From NCBI RefSeq assembly GCF_000143415.4, contig NW_003314275.1:248001-312000 (forward strand): a DNA stretch of 64,000 nucleotides, read 5' to 3'. The notes beneath the pieces were generated by a model that had not been told where the DNA came from, made no database searches, and saw nothing but the letters and a program-made list of their open reading frames with translations. Below are positions 25,401 through 37,143 of the stretch, piece after piece (position 1 is the stretch's first letter; each line of letters starts with the position of its first letter). The translations under genes were made by a program, and so were the position numbers. This DNA comes from Selaginella moellendorffii (Eukaryota; Plantae; Lycopodiophyta).

Positions 25401-25917
25401 TGTTGGTGCTTCACCATATAAACTTCTATATGGTCATGATCCAATTTTACCAACAGAGCTGGGTTTACCTTCGCGATTGCCACAAGCTCCTGATGCTAGG
25501 TCATGGGATCAATATTTGACAAGCATTCTTCCACTTGTCCGAGCAGAGTCTGCCGAACACTTAGGCCGCGTACAAGTGGGACAACAACGGCGCTACAACT
25601 CCCATCATCGTCCACCTGTGGAGTACAAAGTGGATGATTTGGTGTTAGTCCGTTTTCCCCATCTTACGGTACGTGGTTTATCTAAGGGGCTCCTTGCGCA
25701 GTGGAAAGGACCGTATCGAGTGTTGCGGCAAGTTGGACCACAAGTTTATGAGGTTCGGCATGACGTTCAGCAGGCCGATCCTCCGGAGATTGTGCATGTG
25801 CAGCGGTTAAAACGCTTCATACAAAGGGATCAGGAGCAGTTAATACTGTCTACAGATCCGCCGATGCCTCCTCCTGACGTTCCTCCAGATCCCGGCCCAT
25901 TTACAAGAGAACCCTGA
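22429..25917 (+). CDS. pol: Pol (protease-RT-RNase H-integrase), expressed by -1 frameshift from gag
   Basis: LVDTGS protease, FIDDVLI RT, VDASD RNase H, HHCC + DDE integrase (SDNGPAF) and WKGPYRV GPY/F motif. The frame is -1 relative to gag. Confidence 0.95.
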   Translation, partial: GKRGVARVMEGPCANKSVTPPSFFREYHQGVHSAPVHPVFTFQAHFYNKRSPIILSVLVDTGSSLSSIARPVTTRCRLHLRRAAEPVFILYGNGRTHACARDEVDLVVRVGDLELELQSLRVVPSQAFDLILGMDWLQGNHAKCDFEASPPCLILPYVSSIPLTSIPLRPSTSTSASITFVPPLFPSGFPSCSAFPFSDPSDDLCVAEVDRLMKEYSDLFEFDLSSGAKIATRHPIPTGDARPIKVPVRRRSPKEIKILRANVKEMLEKGVIRKSRSPWACEPHLVTKPDGSIRFCIDYRPLNEVTIPDVYPLPHTADLLDRLGRSRWFTKLDLASGYWQVPMAEEDIPKTAFRTPFGLYEFLVMPFGLNNVPATFQRMMDEVLCDMPEVTADFIDDVLIHSEGTWEEHVRDVCKVLDRLRDVGLKLKRSKCVFGSKDTTYLGYRISREGLQVDPDKLVAVLKFPTPKCVNDVQRFLGKVQYLGRFVDHLSDRTTPLRALLKSSTSSFIWSPDCERAFVDLKELLTTPPVLAYPDYTRPFILRVDASDIGLGGVLMQESSSVPGQRHPIAYISRTLQPAEMNYSTMEKECLAAVWGFEKLHAYLHGSRTLLEGDHAAVTSLLKRKNLVGRTARWALKLQIYDFDVIHRPGSSMADADALSRAPLPSPLTSHVSDEPVVPASVDFLDEDSVPSAVAVLDVQCPQGAEQDLPSLDEVREAQKIEPWIRRLRNGFENPASLADDLPFRHLHSQYRLEDGLLYFVGTDPDDHLRLVVPSVFIPRFLHAYHDSPVLGGHMGHRRVTEKLRRSFYWPEMRRDIIRYVRSCVWCQARNTPPCAAEGRLESIAISRPFELVAFDLMGPFPRSTAGNEYVIIASDYLTRWVEVGALASASATAVGYFLLNRVVFQHSCPERILSDNGPAFMAEVFHVLTSRLGIRHTFMSAYHPQSDGLVERLVRTFKGMIAKYVNFQHSDWDGYLPSLRYAYVTGVQSSVGASPYKLLYGHDPILPTELGLPSRLPQAPDARSWDQYLTSILPLVRAESAEHLGRVQVGQQRRYNSHHRPPVEYKVDDLVLVRFPHLTVRGLSKGLLAQWKGPYRVLRQVGPQVYEVRHDVQQADPPEIVHVQRLKRFIQRDQEQLILSTDPPMPPPDVPPDPGPFTREP

Positions 25918-28569
25918 CGGCCTTCCATTATTCCGAGAGGAGGGGATGATGTGAGGGCCAAGTGTACGGCTACGATGCCGTATACTAATATTAGCGTAGT
26001 GGATTTTGGTAGCCGTCGGATTGGTTTCAATCCGGACCACTCGCTCCTGTATATAAGCTAGGGTTTTTGGGCTAATTGATATGCACATTTCTGTATTCCC
26101 TTTCCATATTCCAGGCACTCACACATCCAAATTTTTCATTAGTTTTCAAAAGAGGAACTGTATTTGAGAAAAGTTGGTACACTATTCATGGCATCTCAAG
26201 GGCAACATTTTTTAGGAGGAAAGTAAAATGGAGGAATGATTACTGCGATGCAATCCATGAAAATGAAGGAAATTATAAAACATGTAAAAATATCATTTTT
26301 GCTGAAGTATTATTTAGAAGATTTATAAAGACATATAGTGAGAAAATGCCACACAAGACTAGAATGCTTGTTAATAGGATTAAAGATGCACAATATGTTT
26401 TTTCAACAATGTACACTCAAGATACAATTTTGATGAAGATTAATGTAGAGTTAAAGCAACAGAAGTAAAAACCCATTAGTCCTTCAACATTTAGCATATT
26501 ATAGTATATATTTCAAAATATTATAGTTTTTAAAAATGTGACAAGTGCACAATTATTAAAATGGGACTCTCAAAGAACACATGCACAAAGGAGGAAAGAG
26601 ATAAACTTCATGTAACAAGATCAAAACATAATATGGAGTAGAAGAGTTGCCACATCACATATTATAGTAACCTGAGTCATGTCAATCAAGCATTCAAAAG
26701 AGTACCTTAGCATCATTCATGACAAAATGGATAAAAAATATATATATGTTTTCTGATTGAATCCTGTACTTCAAAGGTTTTTTAATTACAATCAAGAGAC
26801 ATGCCTCTAGCCTACACCTGGATCAGTGAAGTGGCACTCCTGCCACCTAGGATCATGTCATAGAGAGCGTATACCTCAACATTGCCTCCACTAACAATGG
26901 TGAGAAAGCTAGAGCAAATGCAGTTCATTCGTCAAGGCGAGGATTGGCAGATCTCCAGCACATAGAAAATTGGCTGCAAAGTCGCAAAGCTGTTCCAGCC
27001 TGCAGGAGGAGTGTCCTGATCCTTATACCAAGCTTCCGGCGAAGTCACAATGTCGGGAGGAGGCCAGTGCCTGGGACTCGTACTGGCACCCTCCTCTGTA
27101 GCATCATGGAGCGCTTTGTTGAAGACTGCTATGTAGTCTCCGGCCTGACTTTGGTTTCTTTCCATGACGAGTTTAACGTAGAGTAGAACCCATGTTCAAT
27201 TTGGCGGAAGGCATTCCGGTGTAGTGGCTGAGGTCGAAGCTAATCGAAAATCTGGAAGGGAACACAGTAACATGCTACATCTCGAGCAACGTCGAAAACG
27301 AAGTAGCTTGCCATTGCGCGATTGGTCTCGACAGAAGCTTCCAGCCAAGTATCAACGGGGCAAGAGCTCTCTTGTTCTTGGTTGATGAAGGCTCGCCTCT
27401 AAGCCGGATGCGCAGCAAGCTCCATTTGCTGGTGGAATCTAGGGACCTCTGTGCTGCTGTTGGTATTTTCAAGGCGATCTCAACAGGAGGCCGCCACCAG
27501 AAGAGTTGGTACTGCTGCTTCAGCTACACAGATTGGATGGCGACAAGATCAGCAGCTGGATAGTTTATTGATCACTGGGAAAAGCGACTTCCCTGCTCTA
27601 CGCTGGAGCATCTTCTTCTTAAGACACCTCTGCTACTGGTTTGCCATTACTGCCACACACAAACCTGGCCACTTGGCAAGAGATTCGTGGTACAAGAATA
27701 AGGGAAGGATAAAAGATCTGGAACTGATCGTTGTCCACGCAAGCTTTTGATGGCTCGATAGCTTGCGATGGCAAGCTTATGATGCTGCCAACCTTCTCTT
27801 CCAGCATCCACAACAATTTTATAAATCTTCGCGAATTGGTGCTGTCTAGAAGTTTCCCTAGGCATGATTGGCGCTAAGGAGCAGTCGCCAGCATAGTTCT
27901 CCAGACCGTCCGGATGAACTTGACGGGTGTGGAGTGACTTGTTTTTTTGCAAAGACAAATACCAGCCTTTGAGATCACGCTCTTGTCCACCATTGTTCAC
28001 AAAACAAAGTCGCTCTTTAAGAAAGTGATCGTCCTTTTTGTTATTCATCCATAAGGACAGCTGTTTTTGCAACGCGTACGTTACTTGTCTAGATTGCTTG
28101 TCTCGATTGTTTGGTTAATAGCATATCTCTATTGGCGGATTTCAGTGAAGGATGCTTGACATGACGATCACATAGAGTTAGAAGTGTTGATTTTTAAAGA
28201 GCCAAGTATTCTCATTTCAAAAGGCGCAAAGATACTAAGTTCGAATGGAATCGACGAAGCTTAGCTCGAATCCACAGCCAGAGTTGTTTTGAGTAAAGTA
28301 ATCTTTTAACCTACTCCGGCCACTGCAGTAAAATCTCAACATTGCGATTGCAATTCACCGATCAAAAAGATGCTTTGATGCCTTAAAACTTTAAAAAAGA
28401 TGCGTAGATACCTTTTATGCTTTTTGGTCTGTCCAGTGGCATCCCGGCACGTGGCAGAAATCTATTGAGTATAAACATGAACTCACGGCCAAGATTGAGT
28501 TCCATTGATTGTGCTCTCCTTTTTTGCCGGATGCGCCGCCGCCGCCGCCATCGCTGCGATCAGGCAACC

Positions 28570-30436
28570 ATGTTGCAGCTTCTCCCACTCATTTCCTTGG
28601 TCTTGCTCCTCCTGCCATCGCCACCAGGTAAGAAAGAATCCGTATCTCTCTCTCCTCTGGCTAGCCTAGGTCACCAAGAAGATTGCTCTCGCAGTGCGTG
28701 GTCAGTGGCTGGATCCAGAGAGCAAATACAGCGGGGATCAGACCGAGTACACTCGTCCCAACGCCGATCTCGACTTGCGGCTGGATGAGCCCGACATCGC
28801 CCCCAATCCGCTGGGTGGCCCCGAGCAAGTTTTCATCAGCCAGGCCGATCACACCGGCACCGCCTTCACTATCAGCTGGTCCAGCAACCGGACCATGGGA
28901 TCTCGTGTGTTCTACTCGAATCAGCCCAGCTCCTACGACTTGTCCGCCACTGGCGGGTCTTCCACGTACTCTTACGCGGATTACACGTCTGGGAATCTCC
29001 ATCACGTCACCATTTCCAATCTCACGGTAAGTTCTGGATGATCTTGGCGTGGTCTTTGTTTCCTCCTCGGATGATTATCATCGTCTCTTTTTGCAGTATA
29101 GCACTCGATATTACTATCGGATAGGAGAGGGAGGTAGCGATGACCGCCATCTTGTCTTCGCGAGCGAGTTTGTCACTCCGCCTCCTCCAGGACCAGACTC
29201 GTCGATCAAGTTCGCCATCGTGGGTGAGTCTCGAAGATTTGCTTTTGATACTTTTTTTTCGTCTGAAAAATATGTTTGTTTTGTTTTGTAAGGTGATCTT
29301 GGGCAGACTTACTCTTCGAATGTGACACTGAGCCACATCGAGCAGTCTGGCGCTCAGTATCTGCTAAACGTGGGTGATTTCTCCTACGCGGATGGCTATC
29401 AGCCGAGATGGGATACCTGGGGGCGTTTCATGACGAGATACACGAGCAAAGTTCCAATGGTTTTCGCCTACGGCAACCATGAAATAGAATTCGACAACGC
29501 TGTTGTAAGTGATCTTTCAAGGGAATACTATTTCTCAAGGGTTTTAACTTTGATCACCAGGACGCTGTCAAGCCACACGACGGTTTTCTGTCTCCAAATA
29601 CACGATTCTCGGCACCCTGGCAATCTTGTGGTGCTGTCGCAGCTATTTACTACTCTCTCAACGTTGGGCCGGTTCACATCATCTCACTCAATTCCTACGT
29701 TGGGATAACAAAGTACACGCCCCAGTATAACTGGCTTCTGGTTTGTATAGCTTTGGTTTCAGAGTTTTCTTCGCGCAGTCCTGATGTTTGCTTGATATAA
29801 TCAGTCCGACTTGGAGCATGTTGATCGATCTGTAACGCCATGGGTGATCATAATCACACACGTCCCTTGGTACAACACTTACAACGCGCACTACATGGAA
29901 GGTGAAGTTGTCAGATCAGCAGTGGAATATTTTGCCAGAAAGTACAGAGTGGATGCGATATTTTCTGGCCACGTCCACGCTTACGAACGATTTGTAAGTA
30001 GCATTCCACTCGTTACTTGTACCGCTTAACTGACTGGATCTTTTTGTCCTCGTAGAAACGTTTATACCTTTACGAGGAGGACGAGTGTGCTCCCGTCTAC
30101 ATTACAATTGGCGATGGAGGCAACCGTGAAGGGCCTGCTGAAAGGTAAGTCTCACATAATTTGAGCTACACTAGACTAGTTTTCTTGTTTTGAAGGTTTC
30201 AAGTGATTCCCAAGCCAGAGACGTCCGTTTACCGAGAGCCGAGTTTCGGATACGGAAGCTTGGAGATCATCAACAGTTCATTGGCACGGTGGCAATGGCA
30301 CCGGAACCAAGACAAGGGCGATGTGATCGCCGACTCTGTGTTGATCGAGAGCCTGGCAGGCATGAATTCGTGCCCGCTACCACCGCAACCATCTCAGCCG
30401 AGATACGACGAACACGAGCTTCTCCAGAGCTACTAA
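28570..30436 (+). CDS. Secreted purple acid phosphatase (multi-exon)
   Basis: Signal peptide MLQLLPLISLVLLLLP, N-terminal PEQVFIS motif, and GDLG, GDFSYAD, GNHE, HVPWY, GHVHAYER, IGDGGNREG and YREPSFG motifs across GT-AG introns. Confidence 0.93.
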
Positions 30437-31318
30437 AGTGGCTCTAGCGCGAAGAACACACGGCTTGGAAGTTTGTATCTTTCATTGACGATAAAACATT
30501 GATATTCTTTCTGGAGATCGCAGTGGTGGAGCGTGATATGATCATGGTCTCCGTGTCTTCCACTGCTGCAGCCATCTCAGCTAAATCAATCTCCAACAAT
30601 TTTTAAGCTTGATCGCCACAGACTGTTAATTTTTGTATAGCATTCCTGTCATAGAGGGCGTGTTTGCTCGCGAAGCAGCCATCTCATCATAGACTTTAGC
30701 GGGCCAGCCATGGCTCTTTGGCAAAAAAGAAATACCATGCCAAAAAAATTCTTGATGGTTCCATGGACCTCTCGTGAGATTCTTCTCTTTTAGTCCTAGG
30801 TGTTCGCGGCATATGCCCTTATTGTCACTCACATGGCTGGTAATTTGTCGTTTGCGTCGGGGTAAGTTTTGGCCACCCCGTACGGCTAGAGGAGGTATCG
30901 TTTTGGGGGCAAGTTTTGGACACGGCCCATCTCTCCGGGCGCCAAACCCGTACGGCTAGAGAAAGAGCAAGCAAGCGAAGGAAAAAATCTCTCCTCTTCA
31001 TGGCGCTTCCCTGCCAACCCTTGGAAGCGTGGGGATTGGGAGATTGGAGCGCGGAGCTCTAATGGCGCATCGCGGCGAGTGGCTACAATGGAGGGTTTGT
31101 GCGCGGCCATAACGAGGTAGAAATTCCTAGAGCTTTTCCTTCACAGATTTCTCCTCACGCTGGCTTGTGAATTTCATCCATCCGTCCAAAATCGGGAATG
31201 GTTTTCTCTTGATCTCGTGGAACTGTACAGGGGAGATTGATCCATCCATCCAAGCTCTGGAAAAATTCCACGCGATTTGCTCTACCAAGCTACCGACGAT
31301 TGGATCCAATCTCTCGCA

Positions 31319-33929
31319 ATGCAGCCAGCGACACTGGTGGCTCTCGCCGCCACCGTCGTCAACATGCTCCAAGGATGGGACACTGGAGCCATTGGAGGTA
31401 GCAAGAAAAAAAAACTTCTTTGTGATCTATGTGATCTATGTGATCTAACCATGACCGGTTGGTACTTCTTTTCCTCTCTCGCAGGAGCTCTCTTGTATTT
31501 CAAGCCCGAGCTCCATTTGAGCGCTACCATGGAAGGCCTGGTGGTGGCCGCCAGCCTCGCGGGAGCATGGTGTAGCACACTTTGTGCTGGAGCAGCAGCC
31601 GATAGATATGGCAGGCAGAAAATTCTCTTCATCTCCTCCATCATCTTCGTGACGAGCTCGTGTATCATGGCCTGGACTCCAAACATCTACGTGCTCCTCC
31701 TGGCCAGGCTGCTGCTCGGTGCCGGGGTCGGACTGATCACCACCATCGCTCCCATGTACATTGCGGAGATTGCTCCCACCGAGAACCGTGGCCAGCTTCT
31801 CACGTTCCCGCAGCTCATGGGATCAACCGGCCAGTTCCTTTGCTACGTTCTCGTCTTCCTCATGTCGCTAAGTCACCACCCGATGTGGAGATACATGCTG
31901 GGAATGCTCTTTGTCCCGGCTATGGTGAATTTCACTCTCGCGCTCTTCTACATACCCGAGTCTCCGAGATGGCTCGTGAGTAAAGGGCGGATGGTGGAAG
32001 CTAAGAAAGTGCTACAGAGGCTGCGGAACACGAAAGACGTCACAGGTAGAAGATATCGGTGTTGTTTTGTGATGGTTGATTGATTTGTTTCTTGTCTTGC
32101 TGTCAGCCGAGCTTGCGCTTCTAGTAGAAGGTTTGAACATCGGTGAGACAACGCTGGAAGAATGGCAACTCAAGCCGGTGGAGCTCGGGGGGTCCACAGC
32201 GTCGTTGAAGCTTGGGAGCTTCCGGGGTAACTCCAAGATGATGCAGGAAGGGAACGTTTCGTGGATAGCTACGTCTGCAACCGGGGGTGGTGGTGGATTC
32301 CTCTCGCGGCGAGCGAGCATGGTTTCGTCGCTCAGGGATCCGGTGGTGACGCTGTTTGGAAGCATGCACAACAGCACGCACGACCACCTCCCTGTTGTTC
32401 CGGCGGTCTTTGGAACGTTTCGGAGCACTCACGACCACCTCCCCGAGCCACAGACCGAGCTCATGCACGACAACTGGGACCAAGACGAGGGACCGAAGAC
32501 ACCACAGGGGAATGGCTACCAGTCGGACGATGGAATGGTCGGAAACCTGGACGAGAACCTGAGCACGCCGCTCTTGAACCCAGCCAGGAGCGGGAAGTTT
32601 GATGCGTCGCCGTGGTCCATCGCAGGAACTCCTCGTGATCAGAGGCCGAGCCAGGGGAGTTTCGCGGACCACCACTATCACGACAACACGAGCAGGCAAA
32701 ACATAAACTTCCCGAGAGGCAGCAAGGACGCGAACGAGTCAAGCATGTATGGAAGGCAGAGTGCGTACAGCATAGCCGCGAGCGTCCCGGAATCCATAGC
32801 TAGTGTAGGCATTGGCGGGGGGTGGCAACTTGCATGGCAGTGGACGGGAACCGAAGGCCAGGAAAACAATCCAGACGATCACGGACAGTTCAAGAGGGTG
32901 TTTTTGCTCCAACACCAAGCCGATCAACACCAACAGCAGCAGCATCCGCAGGGATTTTCGTCGATATCTTTGCCTCACGGAGAGGAAATAGAAGCTATCC
33001 AAGCGGCAGCACTGGTCACGCAGGCATCGCAATACTCGAAACACATGGAGGACGAGCATCCGGTCGGTCCAGCAATGGTCCATCCCGCCGAGACCGCCGT
33101 CCAAGGCGTTGCATGGTCCGACTTGCTCGAGATTGGCGTCCGGAGAGCTCTCACTGTCGGCATTCTCTTGCAAGTCCTACAACAGGTACGTAAGAACTCT
33201 TTGTTTCGATCCATCGCTGACGAGCGGGTTTCCTTTTCTTCCATTTCCAGTTCAGTGGCATCAACGCGGTTCAGGCTTTCGTACCACAGATCTTGTCACA
33301 GTCTGGTGCCTCGGCGTTACTTACCAGCCTCGGCCTCGGCACAAATTCGGCCTCCATTCTCGCCAGCACTTTCAGCTCGCTCTTGACGCTACCTTGTATC
33401 ATCTTCGCGATGAAGATCATGGATCGAGCAGGACGCAGGTAGCATAAAGCTATTACATGCTTTGTTCTAGCTGATACGAACTCTCTTTCTCTTGTACAGG
33501 CAATTGTTACTGGTGACTCTGCCAATTCTTTTCGTGGCTCTCATCACCATCGCCACCTCCAACTTGCTGCTGTCGCAAGGCGTCGTCCAGGCCGCGGGAT
33601 CCTTCGGTGGCGTGCTCATCTACATCTGCACATTCGTGATGGGCTTCGGAGCCATCCCAAACATTATCTGCTCCGAGATCTTCCCGACCCGAGTCCGCGG
33701 CGTTTGCATCGGGTTGTGCCAGACGGCGTTTTGGACGTGCAACATCCTCATCACTAACTTGTTCCCCACGCTGCTCCAGGCCATCGGCGTGGGCGGTATC
33801 TTCGGCCTCTTCTCGCTCGTGGTGCTTTGCTCCTGGGTTTTTGTCTACCTTAAAGTCCCAGAGACCAAAGGCATGCCTCTCGAAGTTATATCCGAGTTCT
33901 TCGCCATGGCTTCCGTCAAGCAAGCTTAG
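31319..33929 (+). CDS. TMT: Tonoplast monosaccharide/sugar transporter (TMT/TST, MSSP family), multi-exon
   Basis: NMLQGWD, PESPRWLVSKGR, a long central loop with SVGIGGGWQLAWQW and PVGPAMVHP, and KVPETKGMPLEVISEFF. Confidence 0.95.
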
Positions 33930-34465
33930 TTTCAGAATTCTGAAAAATTAAAGTACTGGATTTCTTATTTCTCCATCCTCTCTTGCCTTTGAAATGAGAA
34001 CGCAAAGCTCCTGTTTTATCAGCTCGAGGTATGGTTATGGCGATAAGTGTCCTTGCAGCCTACTCTAGTTCAAACACACACTAGGAACACTAAGCACTCA
34101 TGTGTGCTGCAGTAGAGAGGATGATTCCAGATTTCTTCACCCGAAACCCAAGAGAAATCTCATAAAAGCTTTTGAAAGGCTAAGGGAATTATATCCGAGT
34201 TCTTCGCCATGGCTTCCGTCAAGCAAGCTTAGTTTCAGAATGAAAATCAAAGTATCCGGCTTTCTTATCGCTCCATCCTCTTGCCTTTGAAAATGCGAAA
34301 GCAAAGCTCCTATTTTATCAGTTCAAGGTATGGCTATGGCGATAAGTGGCCTGCATTTTCGAGCAGTGGCAGTGGCAGCACACTCTAGTTCAAACACTAG
34401 CAACACTTGCAACTCGAGAAGCACTCGTGTTTGCTGCAGTAGAGAGGATGATTCCAGATTTCTTC
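33888..34465 (+). repeat. ~300-bp tandem duplication spanning the TMT 3' end and FKBP 5' end
   Basis: TATCCGAGTTCTTCGCCATGGCTTCCGTCAAGCAAGCTTAG at 33888 and 34191; GCAGTAGAGAGGATGATTCCAGATTTCTTC at ~34108 and ~34436. Confidence 0.9.
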
Positions 34466-35228
34466 GAAGAGAAGCAGCAGCAAGGGTGGTGCTTGCTACC
34501 ATTTTCTGCAATTCAGCACCCTCGTTTTTGAGTTCTTGGGCTGTAGCTGCGGAGGAGGAGCCAAAGCTGACGGTTTTGGATTCAGGGCTTGGATTCTGTG
34601 ACACAAGAGTTGGAGTGGGAAATCCTGGTGTCAATGGCAGCTATGTCAAGGTTGGTGTTCTTCTTCGTTCTTTCTTTCATTTTCTTGAGTAGTGAGCGCA
34701 GGTTCACTACACAGGCAAGCGTGAGGATGGAACTCAGTTTGAGAGCAGCTACACATTCAACAGGCCGCTTGAATTCAGACTTGGAGTTGGAGAGGTTCGA
34801 TTCTACTGCTCCTTCCTTTTGAGAAAACTTCCTTTCTAGCTTTGACAACTTCAGGTGATTGATGGATGGGATCGAGGAATTCTTGGAGGAAATGGCATAC
34901 CTCCCATGCAACCAGGTGGAACACTCTCTCTCGAGTTTTTCCTGAGATCGTACGTTTCCCTGTGACTTGTTTAGGTGGTAGGAGATTGTTGCAGATTCCA
35001 GCGAGCATGGCGTTCGGCGAGGAAGGCGTGGGGTGCAAGAAAGGAAAGCCGCTCCTGACGCTGCTGAAGAGCTACTTCAACCCCGGCAAGAGCTCCAATC
35101 CACCAGCAAAGCCCACTGCCCCAAGTTGCTTCATCGCTCCAAACGCAACTCTGTTTTTCGATGTGGAGCTGCTCGAGGCCTTCGAGCTCCCCAAGAGCAG
35201 CAAGGACGTGAAGAAGAAAAGGCGCTAA
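34330..35228 (+). CDS. Thylakoid-lumen FKBP-type peptidyl-prolyl isomerase (FKBP13-like), 4 exons
   Basis: Transit peptide with an RR...AVA Tat signal, then SGLGFCD, VHYTG, VIDGWDRGILGG, GGRRLLQIP and IAPNATLFFDVEL. Confidence 0.88.
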
Positions 35229-35281
35229 AAACGAAAAGGTCTTGCTTTTCTTCTTCGTATTCTTGCCGAGCACGAGGCAGG

Positions 35282-36694
35282 CTACGCGTCATTTGTTTGC
35301 TCGTGCCTTGCCACATCGTACTTTTGCCGGAGCTGCTTTGTTGGAATGTAGTCACCAGCGGAATCCATTCCAAAGAACAGGAAATAGATGTATGGATGAT
35401 CCAAAGCTTCCTGAGAACCATATGTGAAAAAAAACATATAAAAAAGGAGTTTTTCTTACCAAGTCGGGTTCAGCAGGAGCTTCCAAGCTGTCCTCCGCAA
35501 CTGCATCAAGTTTTACTTGTCAAACTTTAGAAAAAACAAAAACAGGAACCACACCATATGCTGCTTCCTGCTGAGGTTCGCTCTCAACATCGACAAGCAC
35601 CTGTTGATCCGACATTCATAAGCTCATTTACTCGAGGCCTTGGAGGAGTGAAGTAGATTAACCTGGTAAAAGGGCTGGTTCTTGCGCTGATCGTAGACTC
35701 GGGCCCTGTCGCACCATTTCTCCGACTCACAGCACACTGGATCCATTCCGCAAATAACTCCTCTATAACCTGTGCTTAACGATCTCTCTCAGCCAAAACC
35801 AGAAAAAATCAACAAAGACTCACCAAACAGCTTGTGCCGGACCTTCTGGCCAAGACGAAATGCGTACTTCACATTCTGGTAAGCCAGAGCTCTTACGGAT
35901 GCTGCTAGCGATTCTGACTGAACATGGAAGAATAGAAACGAAAACAAACAACTGAATCCATCTCAAATACCTCGAGTTTGGAGATCTTATCTTTCAGCTG
36001 CCTGGCACCTTCGTAGTCCTCTCTCTCTATGGAAGCGGCAAGCTCGCTCCTGCACGTCCCAAACAAGTTAGCAAAGAGCCTCCTTTACGACACTAAGTTA
36101 TATCACCTGAAACGAAGCAGCGCGATCTCTTTGTCTTGAGCTTCGTTCTTGGCTGAAACCGCGCCGGCTTTCTTCTCGCGTAGTTTGGAAACCTCTTTCT
36201 CGACCTGTGAATCTAGTAGCTTTTTACCATCTAGAGCTTCCACGTAACAAACGGAGAACATCACCTGGCTGATCTTCTCACGAATGGCTTGAGCGGCATC
36301 ATAGTGGTCTTGATTCAAGGCACGCTGCGAACAAGAGAAAGAACCAACCAAGAATCCACCGCTTTGAAAACTTTCCAAGTGTTTGATTTTTGTTTACCTG
36401 GAGTCGCGTCGCCAAGTCGAGCTGGAACAAGAAATAGAGGAGCTCCTCGTTCACGCTCTCGCTATACTCGTCTTTGGGCGATAGGCTTGTCGATGAGGAT
36501 GAGCTACTGGCAGAGCTCTTGTCGTCTCCTCCTCGTGGTTGAGCGGCAGCAACCACGAATTTTGGGGACGAAAATCTCACCGAAGCCCTCGTAAAAAGAA
36601 TGCTGGGCGCCGCAAACAGCTGCTTGGGGATTGGCAATCGCGACGAGGAGAGGACGCCACCGTTTGGAGGAAGCGCGCAATTCGCTCGAGCCAT
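35282..36694 (-). CDS. CLPF: Chloroplast Clp protease adaptor ClpF (UVR + YccV/HspQ-like domains), multi-exon
   Basis: NEELLYFLFQLDLATRLQ, EREDYEGARQLKDKI, FRLGQKVRHKLFGYRGVICGMDPVCCES, NQPFYQVLVD and DHPYIYFLFFGMDSAGDYIP. Confidence 0.9.
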
Positions 36695-37143
36695 GAGATT
36701 GCCGGAATCAATCCATGCCTCGAGCATACTCCTTCAATCAGAGACCCAGCAGCTGGAAATTCGATCGAAAACCGGCCGAAGCTTACCTCGCCTCCAAGAA
36801 CCCTAGTCAGCAATGGAGAGGAGAATATGCCCGTGAGATCCCACACCCATTTAATCAACGCCACGATTTTGACCAGAATTTGAAAATACGCATATTCTGG
36901 GAATCGTCGACGGCACGCAAAGTCTTTTAAACCGCGTTAAGGACACCTGTGCATTTAGACCCAAAAAAAGAGGGCTTTCATTCTTTTCTTTGATTTGTGG
37001 CTATGGCGGCGAGCGACCAGGTTAGAGCAAACTGTGGGCAGTCGCGGGATCGCCATTGCGTCGATTTTGATCTCCTCCCTATAGGCTAGAGCGTAATTGT
37101 TGGTAGCTAGAGAAGAATCACAATCGCCCACGGCCCAGAATCC

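Larger units (their letters stand above)
21123..26123 (+). mobile_element. Intact Ty3/gypsy (non-chromovirus) LTR retrotransposon, 5001 bp
   Basis: 174-bp LTRs at 21123-21296 and 25950-26123 (TGTGAG...CTCACA, 2 mismatches), TSD CATC, PBS 21298-21313, PPT 25935-25949. Gag and PR-RT-RH-INT ORFs are uninterrupted. No chromodomain. Confidence 0.97.
20290..26740 (+). pseudogene. Decayed DNA-transposase-like gene interrupted by the gypsy insertion
   Basis: After the 3' LTR the sequence reads WYTIHGISRATFFRRK...EKMPHK...KCDKC...YLSIIHDKMDK across frameshifts and stops. This resembles CxxC + hhhhD-x-MD transposase-like (Sola/DUF7869-type) proteins. The family assignment and 5' boundary are tentative. 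Confidence 0.5.

Noticed and set aside
26870-28080. Fragmented minus-strand ORFs with coding-like composition
   Set aside because: Multiple stops and frameshifts and no recognisable family; possibly a pseudogene but it cannot be supported.
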